Assembly: GCA_023481285.1 (NCBI GenBank)
Contig: JAMCWL010000004.1
Location: 6,115 to 70,114, forward strand
Direction: 5' to 3'
From: Actinomycetota bacterium
GTDB taxonomy: Bacteria; Actinomycetota; Aquicultoria; Aquicultorales; JAMCWL01
DNA: 64,000 nt
A model generated the notes under the pieces. That model was not told the origin of the DNA, ran no database searches, and saw nothing but the letters and a program-made list of their open reading frames with translations. Position 1 is the first letter of the stretch. Every line of letters starts with the position of its first letter. Position numbers and translations under genes: made by a program. Positions 55,134 through 64,000 of this stretch are shown here, in pieces.

Positions 55134-55882
55134 GCCAATCCCGCCTTCTCGTTATCGAGACCGTCTCTCTCGAGGGCGAGAAAGGCCTCCTCCAGCTTCG
55201 TCTCGGAGGTCGCAGAGAGGATTTCGGAGAGCGACCCCTCGATTAGGAGCCTGCCCCTTCGCAAGAGGCCCAGTCTGTCGCAGCGCTCCGCCTCGTCCAT
55301 GACGTGGCTCGAGACGATGATCGTTACGCCCTCGGAATTTAAGCGCTTAAAGTGGTCCCAAAACGCCCTCCTGAGCGACGGGTCGACGCCGACCGTCGGC
55401 TCGTCGAGAAAGATCAGCTTCGGCGCATGGACAAGAGAGCAAGCAAGAGAAACCCGCTGCTTCATGCCGCCCGAAAGCGACGAGACGAGCGAATCCTGCT
55501 TGCCCGTCATTTCGACGAGCTCCAATACCTCGTCTATCCTCTGCTTTCGCTCGCCCTTCTTCTCGAGACCAAAGACCTTGGCGAAGAACTCAAGATTCTC
55601 CGCCACCGAGAGGTCCTGGTATAAGGCTGGCAATTGGGTCATGTAGCCGATCTCTCGAGCGTTGCCAGACGACCCGGGCCGCCTACCCAGAACGATCGCC
55701 TCTCCTGCTGTTGGGGAAGCGATGCCGACCAGGATGCGGATGAGGGTCGTTTTGCCCGCTCCGTTTGGCCCCAAAAGCCCGTAGGTTATCCCTGAAGGCA
55801 CTTCGAGCGAGAGCCCGTCGAGAGCGCGCACCCCCTTAAACTCCTTGACCAACTCCTTCGCCATAGCAACAGACTCCATCAC
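55130..55882 (-). CDS. ABC transporter ATP-binding protein
   Basis: Walker A GPNGAGKTT, LSGGMKQR, IFLDEP. Overlaps both neighbours by 4 nt. Confidence 0.9.
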   Translation of the reverse strand: MMESVAMAKELVKEFKGVRALDGLSLEVPSGITYGLLGPNGAGKTTLIRILVGIASPTAGEAIVLGRRPGSSGNAREIGYMTQLPALYQDLSVAENLEFFAKVFGLEKKGERKQRIDEVLELVEMTGKQDSLVSSLSGGMKQRVSLACSLVHAPKLIFLDEPTVGVDPSLRRAFWDHFKRLNSEGVTIIVSSHVMDEAERCDRLGLLRRGRLLIEGSLSEILSATSETKLEEAFLALERDGLDNEKAGLA

Positions 55883-56307
55883 AACGCCCCCTCTATCTTC
55901 TTTAAAATCGCCGCCAACTGCTCCTTTTCATCGTCGGTGAGCGTGGAGACAATGGCCTGCCATCTCCCCTTGATCGCCGAGACCACCTGCGCGACAACTT
56001 CTTCCCCTTTTTGGCCGAGCGCAACGCTAACCTTCCGCCTGTCTTCAAGGCTGCTTTTCCTGGCGACGATGGCCCTCTTCTCCAGCCTATCGACGACTCC
56101 TGTCATCGTGGGAGCTGAGACCTTTAGGTGTGATGCGAGCTCCGCCATCGCGAGCTCTCCCTTGTCCGCCAGGGTAATGAGGACTAGCGTCTGGGTGAGC
56201 GTAAACACCTCCGCCGCTTCCCCGATTATCAGCGGGGACTGCTCGCTCGCGATGATCTTCGGAATAGTTCTCGTTATTTGCCTGACTAAGCTATCCGTCT
56301 TGTCCAT
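55879..56307 (-). CDS. MarR-family transcriptional regulator
   Basis: 142 aa. wHTH LAMAELASHLKVSAPTMTGVVDRLEKRAIVAR. First gene of the exporter operon. Confidence 0.85.
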   Translation of the reverse strand: MDKTDSLVRQITRTIPKIIASEQSPLIIGEAAEVFTLTQTLVLITLADKGELAMAELASHLKVSAPTMTGVVDRLEKRAIVARKSSLEDRRKVSVALGQKGEEVVAQVVSAIKGRWQAIVSTLTDDEKEQLAAILKKIEGAL

Positions 56308-56474
56308 AAGAAGGGGTCCTATTCTTGCTTAATTAGCTTGCTTAAAAATTAGCCTAGCAAATCATTATTGTCAATAATTTCCTAAGACTTCGATGAAATG
56401 GAGGTCTTTCTCCCGCCTTTCCCTTGCCAAACCTATAAGATATGGCTAAAGGTAAGACCTGGTGGTAGACTGGT

Positions 56475-57008
56475 ATGGAGGGAAAGATGAGCACCAGCAT
56501 AGTCACCATGGCAAGCGTACTAACCGCTGCCGCGACCGTTCTAACCGCATTTGCGTTCTTTTATGCCGCCTTCGTCACCCGTAAGCAGCTAAGGATAATG
56601 CACGCCCAACACGTGAGAGAAGCGGCGGATAAGGCTTTTGAAGAGTTTGACTCGGACAGCGTGCGCGCCGCTCGCGCCTATATTTTCAACTCCGATCTTC
56701 CAACGGATGTCGATGCGCTTACGGGCGCGCAACTTGAAGCGGTCGAGAAGGTGGGACTCGTCATCGAGAGAATGGGCTTTCTTGTCGAGACGGGGCTGAT
56801 AAACCCACCGGAACTAGTGTTCACGAGGCTATGCGGCGCCATCTTAAGGTGCGACGCCAAGATAGGGCCCTACCTGGAGCAGGAGCGAGTCAGGAGAAAC
56901 GACCCCGAGCACTTCTCTTACTATGAGAAGCTGGTCGAGCGCGCCTGGCAGTACTGGCGCAGCAAGCACGGCGAAGAGTTGCCCGCAAGCTTCACGCGAA
57001 AGCTCTAG
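56475..57008 (+). CDS. Hypothetical N-terminally membrane-anchored protein (DUF4760-like)
   Basis: 177 aa with one TM followed by a helical domain. The family assignment is tentative. Confidence 0.45.
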   Translation: MEGKMSTSIVTMASVLTAAATVLTAFAFFYAAFVTRKQLRIMHAQHVREAADKAFEEFDSDSVRAARAYIFNSDLPTDVDALTGAQLEAVEKVGLVIERMGFLVETGLINPPELVFTRLCGAILRCDAKIGPYLEQERVRRNDPEHFSYYEKLVERAWQYWRSKHGEELPASFTRKL

Positions 57009-57140
57009 CGCCGACGACCATCGAGAGCATCCGCATCAACAGTGCATAAAGAATCAACATTCTAAGGTGATGAGAGCTTAAGCTAGAAACACCATAGGAA
57101 AAAGCTTATCCAATCCAAGTCCTTGCATTAAAATCATTTC

Positions 57141-59282
57141 ATGCGCACGCTTCTCAAAACCTACTTCGGCTATGATAAATTTCGCCCGCTGCAAGAAGAG
57201 ATCGTCGCGAGCGTTCTCGCGAAGCGGGACTGCTTGGTTTTAATGCCGACAGGCGGCGGAAAGTCGCTCTGCTATCAATTGCCGGCTTTGAAGTTCGACG
57301 GTCTCACCCTGGTCGTCTCACCGCTGATCTCCCTGATGAAAGATCAGGTGGACGCACTTCAAGCGAATGGCGTCGCGGCGGACTTCATCAACAGCTCGCT
57401 AACGCAGACTGAGATCAATCGCGCGATGGTGCGGGTCCGGCAAGAGCGGACCAAGATTCTTTACCTCGCGCCCGAGCGCGTCGCCGTCCCCGACTTTCAA
57501 GCCTTCTTGTCGGCGCTCAAGGTGAGCCTCATCGCCATCGACGAGGCGCACTGTATTTCGGAATGGGGCCATGACTTCCGCCCCGAGTACCGCAACCTAA
57601 AAACGCTTCGGCGCGACTTTCCGGACGCGCCGGTCATAGCCCTTACCGCGACCGCCACGAGAAGAGTGCGCGAGGACATTATCGCTCAGCTTGAGCTTAA
57701 AGAGGCGCAAACCTTCATTTCCAGCTTCAATCGGCCAAACCTTACCTACCTCGTCCGTCCCAAAAGAAACGCTTTTAACGCGCTACTCGCGTTGCTTCAT
57801 AAACATCAAAATGAGCCAACGATCATTTACTGCGTCTCTCGAAAGGGGACCGAGGAGCTTGCCGCCGACTTGCGAGCGAACAACTTTAACGCCATGGCGT
57901 ACCACGCCGGACTCGCTAACGACGTGCGCAAAGAGACCCAGGAGAAGTTTATCCGCGACGAAGTGCCGATCGTCGTGGCGACGATCGCTTTTGGGATGGG
58001 CATCGACAAGCCCGACGTCCGCTTGATCGTCCACTATGACATGCCAAGAACGCTCGAGGGCTACTACCAGGAAACCGGGCGCGCTGGGCGCGATGGCCTG
58101 CCCAGCGAGTGCGTCCTCTTCTATTCTTACGGCGATAAGATCAAGCACGACTTCTTCATAGACCAGATCGAGGACCCCTCGGAGCGGAATAGGGCGGGCG
58201 ACAAGCTGGCGCAGGTGATCGAGTATTGCGAGTGGCAGGATTGCCGCCGCGCGTATTTGCTGAAGTACTTCGGCGAAGAGTGGGAGAGGCAAGATTGCGG
58301 CGGCTGTGACGTCTGCCTTACGCCCAGGGCGGAATTTGACGCCACCGAGATCGCCCAGAAAATTCTCTCCGCCGTCGTTAGGACGGGGGAGCGATTCGGC
58401 GCCGGCTATGTCATCAACGTCCTGCGCGGGGCGAATGACAAGAAGATCCGCGAACGCGGGCACGAAGGGCTCTCAGTCTTCGGCATCGTTCAAGATTTCA
58501 CCATTGATGAGCTGGTACAGCTCATCAATGTTTTGCTGGCAAGAAAATTGCTCGTTAAAAATGGGCACCGGTATCCAACGCTCGGCTTAACCGAGGCCGG
58601 ACGAAGCTGGCTTAAGCTGCGCGAAAGAATTATCCTGCCCCGACCGGCACGTGGCGTCGAGCAGCGCGCGGCTAAAACCGCCGGAGAGATCGATTTTGAC
58701 CGCGAACTATTTGAGAAGTTGCGGGTTTTGCGCAAAACCCTAGCTGACGAGAGGGGCGTGCCGCCGTTCGTGATCTTCGGCGACGCCTCCCTGCAAGAGA
58801 TGGCCGCCTATTTTCCTCAAAGACCGGAAAGTCTTTCTGAAATCTTCGGCGTGGGGGCCGAAAAATTGGCGCATTTCGGGGAAGCATTTCTAGCCGTAAT
58901 TCGCCGACACACGCTCGAGCTGGGCCTGGAAGAGCAAGTCGCCCCCGCCCGACGGCCGGCCAAGAATCGTACGGTGAATCGCTCGGGCGCCACTTACGAC
59001 GAGACCAAGAAGCTCGTCTTACAAAAACTCTCCCTGGCGGAGATCGCCGAGAGGCGCGGGCTGGCCGAGGAGACTATCATCAGTCACCTGGAAAGATTGG
59101 TCGAGTTCGGCGCCGAACTGGACCTCGACTATTTGAAGCCGCCGCCGGAACGCTTGGTGGAAATAAAGGCGGCCTTTGAACAGTCCGGTGGTCACTTCTT
59201 AACCCCCGTGCGAGCCATCCTCGGCCAGGAGTTTTCCTTTGCTGAGCTGAGACTGGTCCGCCTTTTTCTTGCAGATTCGTAA
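57141..59282 (+). CDS. recQ: ATP-dependent DNA helicase RecQ with C-terminal HRDC and extra HTH domain
   Basis: FGYDKFRPLQEE, PTGGGKSLCYQLPA, DEAHCISEWGHDFRPEY, Zn-binding CxxxxC...CDxC, HRDC (LFEKLRVLRKTLADERGVPPFVIF). Confidence 0.95.
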   Translation: MRTLLKTYFGYDKFRPLQEEIVASVLAKRDCLVLMPTGGGKSLCYQLPALKFDGLTLVVSPLISLMKDQVDALQANGVAADFINSSLTQTEINRAMVRVRQERTKILYLAPERVAVPDFQAFLSALKVSLIAIDEAHCISEWGHDFRPEYRNLKTLRRDFPDAPVIALTATATRRVREDIIAQLELKEAQTFISSFNRPNLTYLVRPKRNAFNALLALLHKHQNEPTIIYCVSRKGTEELAADLRANNFNAMAYHAGLANDVRKETQEKFIRDEVPIVVATIAFGMGIDKPDVRLIVHYDMPRTLEGYYQETGRAGRDGLPSECVLFYSYGDKIKHDFFIDQIEDPSERNRAGDKLAQVIEYCEWQDCRRAYLLKYFGEEWERQDCGGCDVCLTPRAEFDATEIAQKILSAVVRTGERFGAGYVINVLRGANDKKIRERGHEGLSVFGIVQDFTIDELVQLINVLLARKLLVKNGHRYPTLGLTEAGRSWLKLRERIILPRPARGVEQRAAKTAGEIDFDRELFEKLRVLRKTLADERGVPPFVIFGDASLQEMAAYFPQRPESLSEIFGVGAEKLAHFGEAFLAVIRRHTLELGLEEQVAPARRPAKNRTVNRSGATYDETKKLVLQKLSLAEIAERRGLAEETIISHLERLVEFGAELDLDYLKPPPERLVEIKAAFEQSGGHFLTPVRAILGQEFSFAELRLVRLFLADS

Positions 59283-59350
59283 GGTGTGGCCGCGCCGCTC
59301 CTTAGCATCCCCTGTCAAATATAGGGCGGTGGAATGGGAAAGATGGCTGT

Positions 59351-59998
59351 ATGAAGGCCAAAAACGCAGCCCGCAAGATCAGAGAATTGATCGAGAAGTA
59401 CGGCGGCAGGTTCTCAACCGAGCTTGGAATCGATCTTCGGTCGATAAAGCCCGACGAGATATTCAAGTGGTTCATGGCTTCCCTCTTATTCGGGGCGAGA
59501 ATCAGCCAGGAAATCGCCGTAAGAACTTACAGAAAGTTCGAAAGGGCCGGGATAACGAGTCCGCGGGCGATTATTTCGGCCGGATGGAGCGGCATGATCC
59601 CCGTCCTCGGGGCGGGGGGCTACGCCAGGTACGATAATCGCACGGCCAACAAGCTTCTCGGCGTGACCGAAAAACTCCTGAAAGAATATGGCGGAAACAT
59701 GCTTAATCTCATAGAAGAATCCAGGACACCAAGAGAGCTCGAAATGCGCCTGCGCGCCTTCAAAGGCGTCGGGGAAGTGACGGCCAACATATTCTTACGA
59801 GAGCTTCGAGGCGTCTTCCCCCAGGCGGACCCAGCATTAAGCAAGCGAGCTTTTGCGGCCGCGAGAGAACTTGGTTTTGCTCAAAGCGACGACCCCGCCA
59901 TGACGCTCCGCGAACTAAAAGCCCTGTGGAAACAGGCAGAGATCACCGAGTACGACTTCACGGACTTCGAAGCTGCGCTCGTCCGCTACGCTAGGTAG
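59351..59998 (+). CDS. HhH-GPD-superfamily-like protein (putative DNA glycosylase fold)
   Basis: 215 aa. FKGVGEVTANIFLRELR resembles the helix-hairpin-helix motif. No Fe-S Cys cluster. Confidence 0.5.
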   Translation: MKAKNAARKIRELIEKYGGRFSTELGIDLRSIKPDEIFKWFMASLLFGARISQEIAVRTYRKFERAGITSPRAIISAGWSGMIPVLGAGGYARYDNRTANKLLGVTEKLLKEYGGNMLNLIEESRTPRELEMRLRAFKGVGEVTANIFLRELRGVFPQADPALSKRAFAAARELGFAQSDDPAMTLRELKALWKQAEITEYDFTDFEAALVRYAR

Positions 59999-60137
59999 AC
60001 GTCGGAAAAGCTCAGCATCACCCTTTAGGGGTGAAGAAAGCAAGCTCCCGATGTATTAATATGCTACCATCGCCACGACTTACTGGACCGCAAGAGCTTT
60101 TGACAATGGCCAATAATGCTAAGGAGGCTGTGAGCGC

Positions 60138-60842
60138 ATGTCCGACCAGAATAAAGAGATGGCTTCTGAAGGGAAAATGCCAAAAAAGCGCAGGATGGGC
60201 AAGGTCGTGCTGGGTATTCTCGGAGTTTTAGTTTTAGCATTGACGGTGGGGACTTTCTTGGGCGTCGTGCCGGTGCTCTCGGGATTGGCAGGCACGGCAA
60301 AGCCAAAGGATCTAGGAGTCCGCTACTCCGAAAAAGACTTCAACACGGCGCTTGCCAAAACTCCCCTAAAGCTCAAGAACAAGATCGATGGTCCGATCGA
60401 AGGCACCGAAATGGTCTACACTGGCCAGGCGCTGATCGACGCAACATTCACGGAAGCCGAGCTCTCCGCATTGCTCTCTTACAATCATAGCTCTCGCTTC
60501 CCAGTCAGCCAGGTCCAGGTGCGCCTCCTCGGAGGAAATCGCGCCGAGGCGTCCGGCATGGTCACATATAAGGGTATAAAGTATCCGGTTTATGTATCGG
60601 GGAGCGCTTCACTGACAAGCGGCAAGTCCGTAACCGGCTCAGTGAGCGCAGCCCAGGTTTCGGGAATCTCGGTGCCGGTAAATTATTGGCCGCAAGCAGA
60701 AAATTACGTAATCAACCTGGTAAATCGAAGGCTGGCGCGCATGGACGGGTTGAATATTCAAAAAGTGGAGCTCTCCGAGGGCAAAGCCCGCGTCGTGGGG
60801 ACGATGCCCGCCGAAGCGAAGCGCGTGCGAGTGAACCGGTGA
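60138..60842 (+). CDS. Hypothetical single-TM extracytoplasmic protein
   Basis: 234 aa. Basic N-terminus, TM VVLGILGVLVLALTVGTFLGVV. No recognised domain. Confidence 0.45.
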   Translation: MSDQNKEMASEGKMPKKRRMGKVVLGILGVLVLALTVGTFLGVVPVLSGLAGTAKPKDLGVRYSEKDFNTALAKTPLKLKNKIDGPIEGTEMVYTGQALIDATFTEAELSALLSYNHSSRFPVSQVQVRLLGGNRAEASGMVTYKGIKYPVYVSGSASLTSGKSVTGSVSAAQVSGISVPVNYWPQAENYVINLVNRRLARMDGLNIQKVELSEGKARVVGTMPAEAKRVRVNR

Positions 60843-61474
60843 GAGCGATAAAACCCGGTCCTTTCGACCTCTTTATTCTCGTCAACTTCGCGCTACTCCT
60901 GATGATGACCGGGATCGTTTATTATGCCGCGGAGTGGGAGTTCGGCCTTTACGCAGCGGTGTTTATCGGGGCCGGGTTCCTGCTCTGGCGAGTTTTAAGG
61001 AAGTACTCCTACCCGATGTGGCTCTTCCTGGCGCTCGAGGTGGGCATACTGGCTCACTTCGCGGGTGGCCTGATTCACTTCGGGCCGCACAACACACGGC
61101 TCTACGGACATTACTTCATCGGTCTCCGGTTCGACAAGTACGTTCACCTCTACAACTCCCTGGTCGGCTCGGTGGCGCTCAGGCATCTGTTCAGGCAAGT
61201 AGGGCTGTCCCTTCGACGGATGGAATCCTTTATAGTCATCGCGGTTGTGCTGGGGATAGGCGCGTTGATAGAGATCGTCGAATACCTCGCCGTAACAACC
61301 ATGCCTTCAACGGGTGTAGGCGACTACGCCAACAACATGCAGGACCTGATATTTAACTTGGCGGGTGGCTCGCTTGGAATGCTCTTGGTGAATCGCCTCG
61401 CGAGGACTCGATTGATCGATGCGCCCGGTGAAGACCGAGAAGCGGCCGGTCCATCAGGTTCAAACGAACTCTAA
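60839..61474 (+). CDS. Polytopic membrane protein (DUF2238-like, tentative)
   Basis: The GTG at 60839 overlaps the upstream stop (GTGA). About 6 TM helices. The track's longer 60686 start is discarded. Confidence 0.5.
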   Translation: MRAIKPGPFDLFILVNFALLLMMTGIVYYAAEWEFGLYAAVFIGAGFLLWRVLRKYSYPMWLFLALEVGILAHFAGGLIHFGPHNTRLYGHYFIGLRFDKYVHLYNSLVGSVALRHLFRQVGLSLRRMESFIVIAVVLGIGALIEIVEYLAVTTMPSTGVGDYANNMQDLIFNLAGGSLGMLLVNRLARTRLIDAPGEDREAAGPSGSNEL

Positions 61475-61751
61475 CGAACTCCAGCTTCCCAAATAGCGAA
61501 AGACCTTCGATGAGACGCGGTCGGAGGTGAAGGACGGCGGCGGCCTCTGGAATCCTGCGGCGACATTAAAGACGGATTATCGCTTGTGCTTCTAGTGAGA
61601 ATGTGGTAGGATTCAAAAGATACTATAGAACTTAATTTAGCCGCGTTTACTGCCTGCTGAGCTGTCCTCGTCATTTCGAGACCTTTCAGATTAGACTACG
61701 CCTAAAGCAAAGTTCTCGGTTCCAGCATATACGCACAAAAAGGAGTAGTAC

Positions 61752-62978
61752 ATGGCATTTAGATGCTTAGGGCTTAAGCCCGCCCTCGTTGAGGGAGTGA
61801 CGGCTATGGGTTATACAGAGCCAACTCCGGTTCAGGGGCAGGCAATTCCGCACGCTTTGGAGGGACGGGATATCGTCGGACGTGCGCAGACGGGTACCGG
61901 CAAGACGGCGGCCTTTGTCCTGCCGACGCTTCAGCGGATAAGCTGTAGTAATGGTATAAAAGCGCTCATCGTTACGCCGACTCGCGAGCTTGCGGTGCAG
62001 ATTGAAGAGGTCGCACGAGGATGTGCGCGCTTCACCAACCACAAGGTGGCGGCCGTCTTCGGTGGCGCACCCTACCTGCAACAGCAGCGGAGAGTTCGGG
62101 GCGGTGTCGACATGCTAGTGGCAACGCCAGGCCGTCTGCTTGACATGATGCGGCGGAATGATCTACGACTATCGGAAATTGAAGTGTTTATTCTCGATGA
62201 AGCCGATCGCATGCTCGATATGGGGTTCTTGCCGGACATCAAGCGGATCATTCAAGCGCTGCCGAAGAAGCGCCAGAACCTCCTATTCTCAGCGACGATG
62301 ACGCCGGGTGTGCTTAGCGTTATCGCTGGCACACTTGATAACCCCGTTTCGATCGAGATCGGTCACCGCTCCGTGCCGGTCGAGGCGATCGAGCAATCGG
62401 TATATCCGGTAAACGGACTACAGAAATCAGACCTGCTTATCGAGCTTTTGCGCTGGAATAACCTGCACCGGGTTCTTGTCTTCACCAGAACGAAGCGTCG
62501 GGCAGACCGGCTATGTCGTACACTTACGCGCTCGGGGATCGGTGCCACGACGATTCATTCAGATCGCAGTCAAGCACAGCGGCAAGCGGCGCTTGCCGGC
62601 TTTAAAGCGGGTCGCCACCGCGTCCTCGTCGCCACCGATATCGTGGCGCGCGGTATCGATGTAGACGCTATATCGCATGTCATCAACTATGATATACCTA
62701 CCAGCCCCGAAGACTACTTGCACCGCATCGGGCGTACGGCTCGTGCAAGTGCCCGCGGTACGGCCATCAGCTTTCTCACCACCGAAGAGGTCACCGATTT
62801 TCGTGCCATCGAGACGTTCATCGGGCAAACGCTCATCTGTAAAGATATTCCGGGCTTTGCGTATGCTACCCGTTACGTCCCGAGCCCGAGCCGGGTGGCC
62901 AGAGTTGCAGTTGCGCCAAGGCTAGCATACGATGGCGGTGCGAGGCGCAGTACAAAGCGGCGGACGAAAAGACGTTAA
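61752..62978 (+). CDS. DEAD-box ATP-dependent RNA helicase
   Basis: Q-motif, AQTGTGKT, PTRELA, DEAD (ILDEADRM), SAT, HRIGRTAR. Basic C-tail. Confidence 0.9.
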   Translation: MAFRCLGLKPALVEGVTAMGYTEPTPVQGQAIPHALEGRDIVGRAQTGTGKTAAFVLPTLQRISCSNGIKALIVTPTRELAVQIEEVARGCARFTNHKVAAVFGGAPYLQQQRRVRGGVDMLVATPGRLLDMMRRNDLRLSEIEVFILDEADRMLDMGFLPDIKRIIQALPKKRQNLLFSATMTPGVLSVIAGTLDNPVSIEIGHRSVPVEAIEQSVYPVNGLQKSDLLIELLRWNNLHRVLVFTRTKRRADRLCRTLTRSGIGATTIHSDRSQAQRQAALAGFKAGRHRVLVATDIVARGIDVDAISHVINYDIPTSPEDYLHRIGRTARASARGTAISFLTTEEVTDFRAIETFIGQTLICKDIPGFAYATRYVPSPSRVARVAVAPRLAYDGGARRSTKRRTKRR

Positions 62979-63020
62979 CAGTGCGACGGTCCGGGGAACC
63001 GGAGAAAGGAGATACACGGC

Positions 63021-63344
63021 ATGAAACTGTATGTGGGGAATCTCTCCTACGAAACGACCGAGGATACCCTGAGGAATGCCTTCAGCCAGCACGGGGCGAT
63101 TGACTCAGTAAGCCTCATAGTCGACAGGGACACCGGTCGCAGTAAGGGCTTTGCCTTTGTCGAGATGGCGAACGACGATGAAGCGAAGGCGGCGATCGAG
63201 GCACTCAACGGCTCTGAGGTCGATGGAAGAATTATCAAGGTGAGCGAAGCACGGCCCCAGGAGCGCCGAGGTGGGGGCCGCGGTTTCGGTGGTGGCCGAG
63301 GTCGCGGGGGTGGCGGAGGCCGAGGTTACGGAAGCCGCTATTAG
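63021..63344 (+). CDS. RRM-type RNA-binding protein with Gly/Arg-rich tail
   Basis: RNP2 LYVGNL, RNP1 KGFAFVEM, C-terminal RGG repeats. Confidence 0.9.
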   Translation: MKLYVGNLSYETTEDTLRNAFSQHGAIDSVSLIVDRDTGRSKGFAFVEMANDDEAKAAIEALNGSEVDGRIIKVSEARPQERRGGGRGFGGGRGRGGGGGRGYGSRY

Positions 63345-63408
63345 CGCAATAACGCCACGGATTGGAATAGCACTTGCACCTCGGGTTTTGTGGCAGGAGG
63401 TGATTGTA

Positions 63409-63732
63409 TTGGCAACGGGAACGGTGAAATGGTTTAACGTTAATAAAGGATATGGATTTATCGGGCGTGAAAACGGCGCCGACCTATTTATCCATCAAAG
63501 GGCGATCGACAGTAAGGACCAGGGGCCATTAGCAGAGGGGGACATCGTTGAGTTTAACGTGACCTCCGGCCCGAAGGGAGAAAGTGCATCCAACGTTAGG
63601 GTTGTGCAAAAACTGAAGCCGTCAGGTGGGTCGGCGTTAAAGCTCCAATCTCTTGATGAGAAGATCAAAACCCTAAGAAAAACGAGCAAGGAAAAACAGT
63701 CAGATCTCTCTAACCGATTAAAAAGGCGCTAA
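63409..63732 (+). CDS. Cold-shock-domain protein with a basic C-terminal extension of about 40 aa
   Basis: GTVKWFNVNKGYGFI (RNP1) and LFIHQRAI (RNP2-like). Start set at the TTG at 63409 after GGAGGTG. The extension is KLKPSGG...KEKQSDLSNRLKRR. Confidence 0.85.
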   Translation: MATGTVKWFNVNKGYGFIGRENGADLFIHQRAIDSKDQGPLAEGDIVEFNVTSGPKGESASNVRVVQKLKPSGGSALKLQSLDEKIKTLRKTSKEKQSDLSNRLKRR

Positions 63733-64000
63733 ATAATGAACGAACAAGAGATAGAGGGCTCCTTATGAGGGGCCCTTTGTTTATTCATCCTAAGCTCAAG
63801 TCCGGCTTAGAATGAGCAGGCTTTGTCCCGGCGCTCCTAAACAATCTCCCTGGGGATCATTCTGAGCGCTAAGATGACGAGAGACGGACAATAATAACAT
63901 CACTCGATAGCTCTCCCAGCGGCCTTCATGCCTGGCCCGCGACCGTGCGTCGTGCTACTCTCAAGACCGAAGCATCATGACCATGGACCTTGAATTAGTG

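Noticed and set aside
56308-56474. Direct/inverted AATTAGC-type repeats upstream of the MarR operon as an operator.
   Set aside because: The repeats are short and imperfect (AATTAGCTTGC / AATTAGCCTAGC). This is plausible for a MarR box but not strong enough to annotate without comparative data.

Overview
GC-rich bacterial chromosomal window, mostly core genes, with several visibly AT-richer accessory patches sitting next to tRNA genes. The gene content suggests an anaerobic, Gram-positive-type organism; this is inference. Supporting genes: pyruvate/2-oxoacid:ferredoxin oxidoreductase porGDAB, an NfnAB/SudAB-like pair, rubrerythrin, a HgdC/BcrA-type activase, and the actinobacterial-style fhaA-fhaB-pstP-rodA-pbpA-pknB cluster. 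There is also a long Bacillus-type SRP RNA in the ffs-dnaX-ybaB-recR arrangement.

Other core content: clpB 3' end, DedA, PHP phosphoesterase, an MGDG-synthase-like GT28, 5-formyl-THF cyclo-ligase, two HD-GYP signalling proteins (one paired with a PstS-like binding protein, one as the response regulator of a PAS/GAF histidine kinase), tadA, serS, pheA, larC, a Fur-family regulator with a metal ABC importer, a MarR-regulated ABC-2 exporter, recQ, and a DEAD-box helicase followed by RRM and Csp genes. There are eight tRNA genes: Gly-CCC, Ser-CGA, Ser-GGA, Ser-GCU, Arg-ACG, Ser-UGA, Leu-CAG, plus one orphan tRNA fragment.

Accessory patches:
- A small type II R-M-like islet at 4.0-5.3 kb.
- A DUF3800 islet after tRNA-Gly.
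- An RHH/PIN (frameshifted) plus XRE patch between tRNA-Ser genes.
- A roughly 4.2 kb islet abutting the 3' end of tRNA-Leu.

The tRNA-Leu islet is the most interesting. It carries a two-gene module: a 433-aa protein with Toprim nuclease signatures and an N-terminus resembling the HEPN/Toprim-associated domain, and an all-helical 291-aa partner. It also carries an AlbA_2/Schlafen-type ATPase-HTH gene and a block of six 11-mer repeats. I regard this as the best candidate for an undescribed conflict/defence system.

Two further points stand out. A roughly 150-bp repeat module (a perfect hairpin plus inverted arms of tandem GCATTAGA units) lies downstream of two stable-RNA genes. A roughly 250-bp non-coding segment is closed by a 15-bp perfect inverted repeat.

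All domain calls come from reading the translations by eye. No searches were run.
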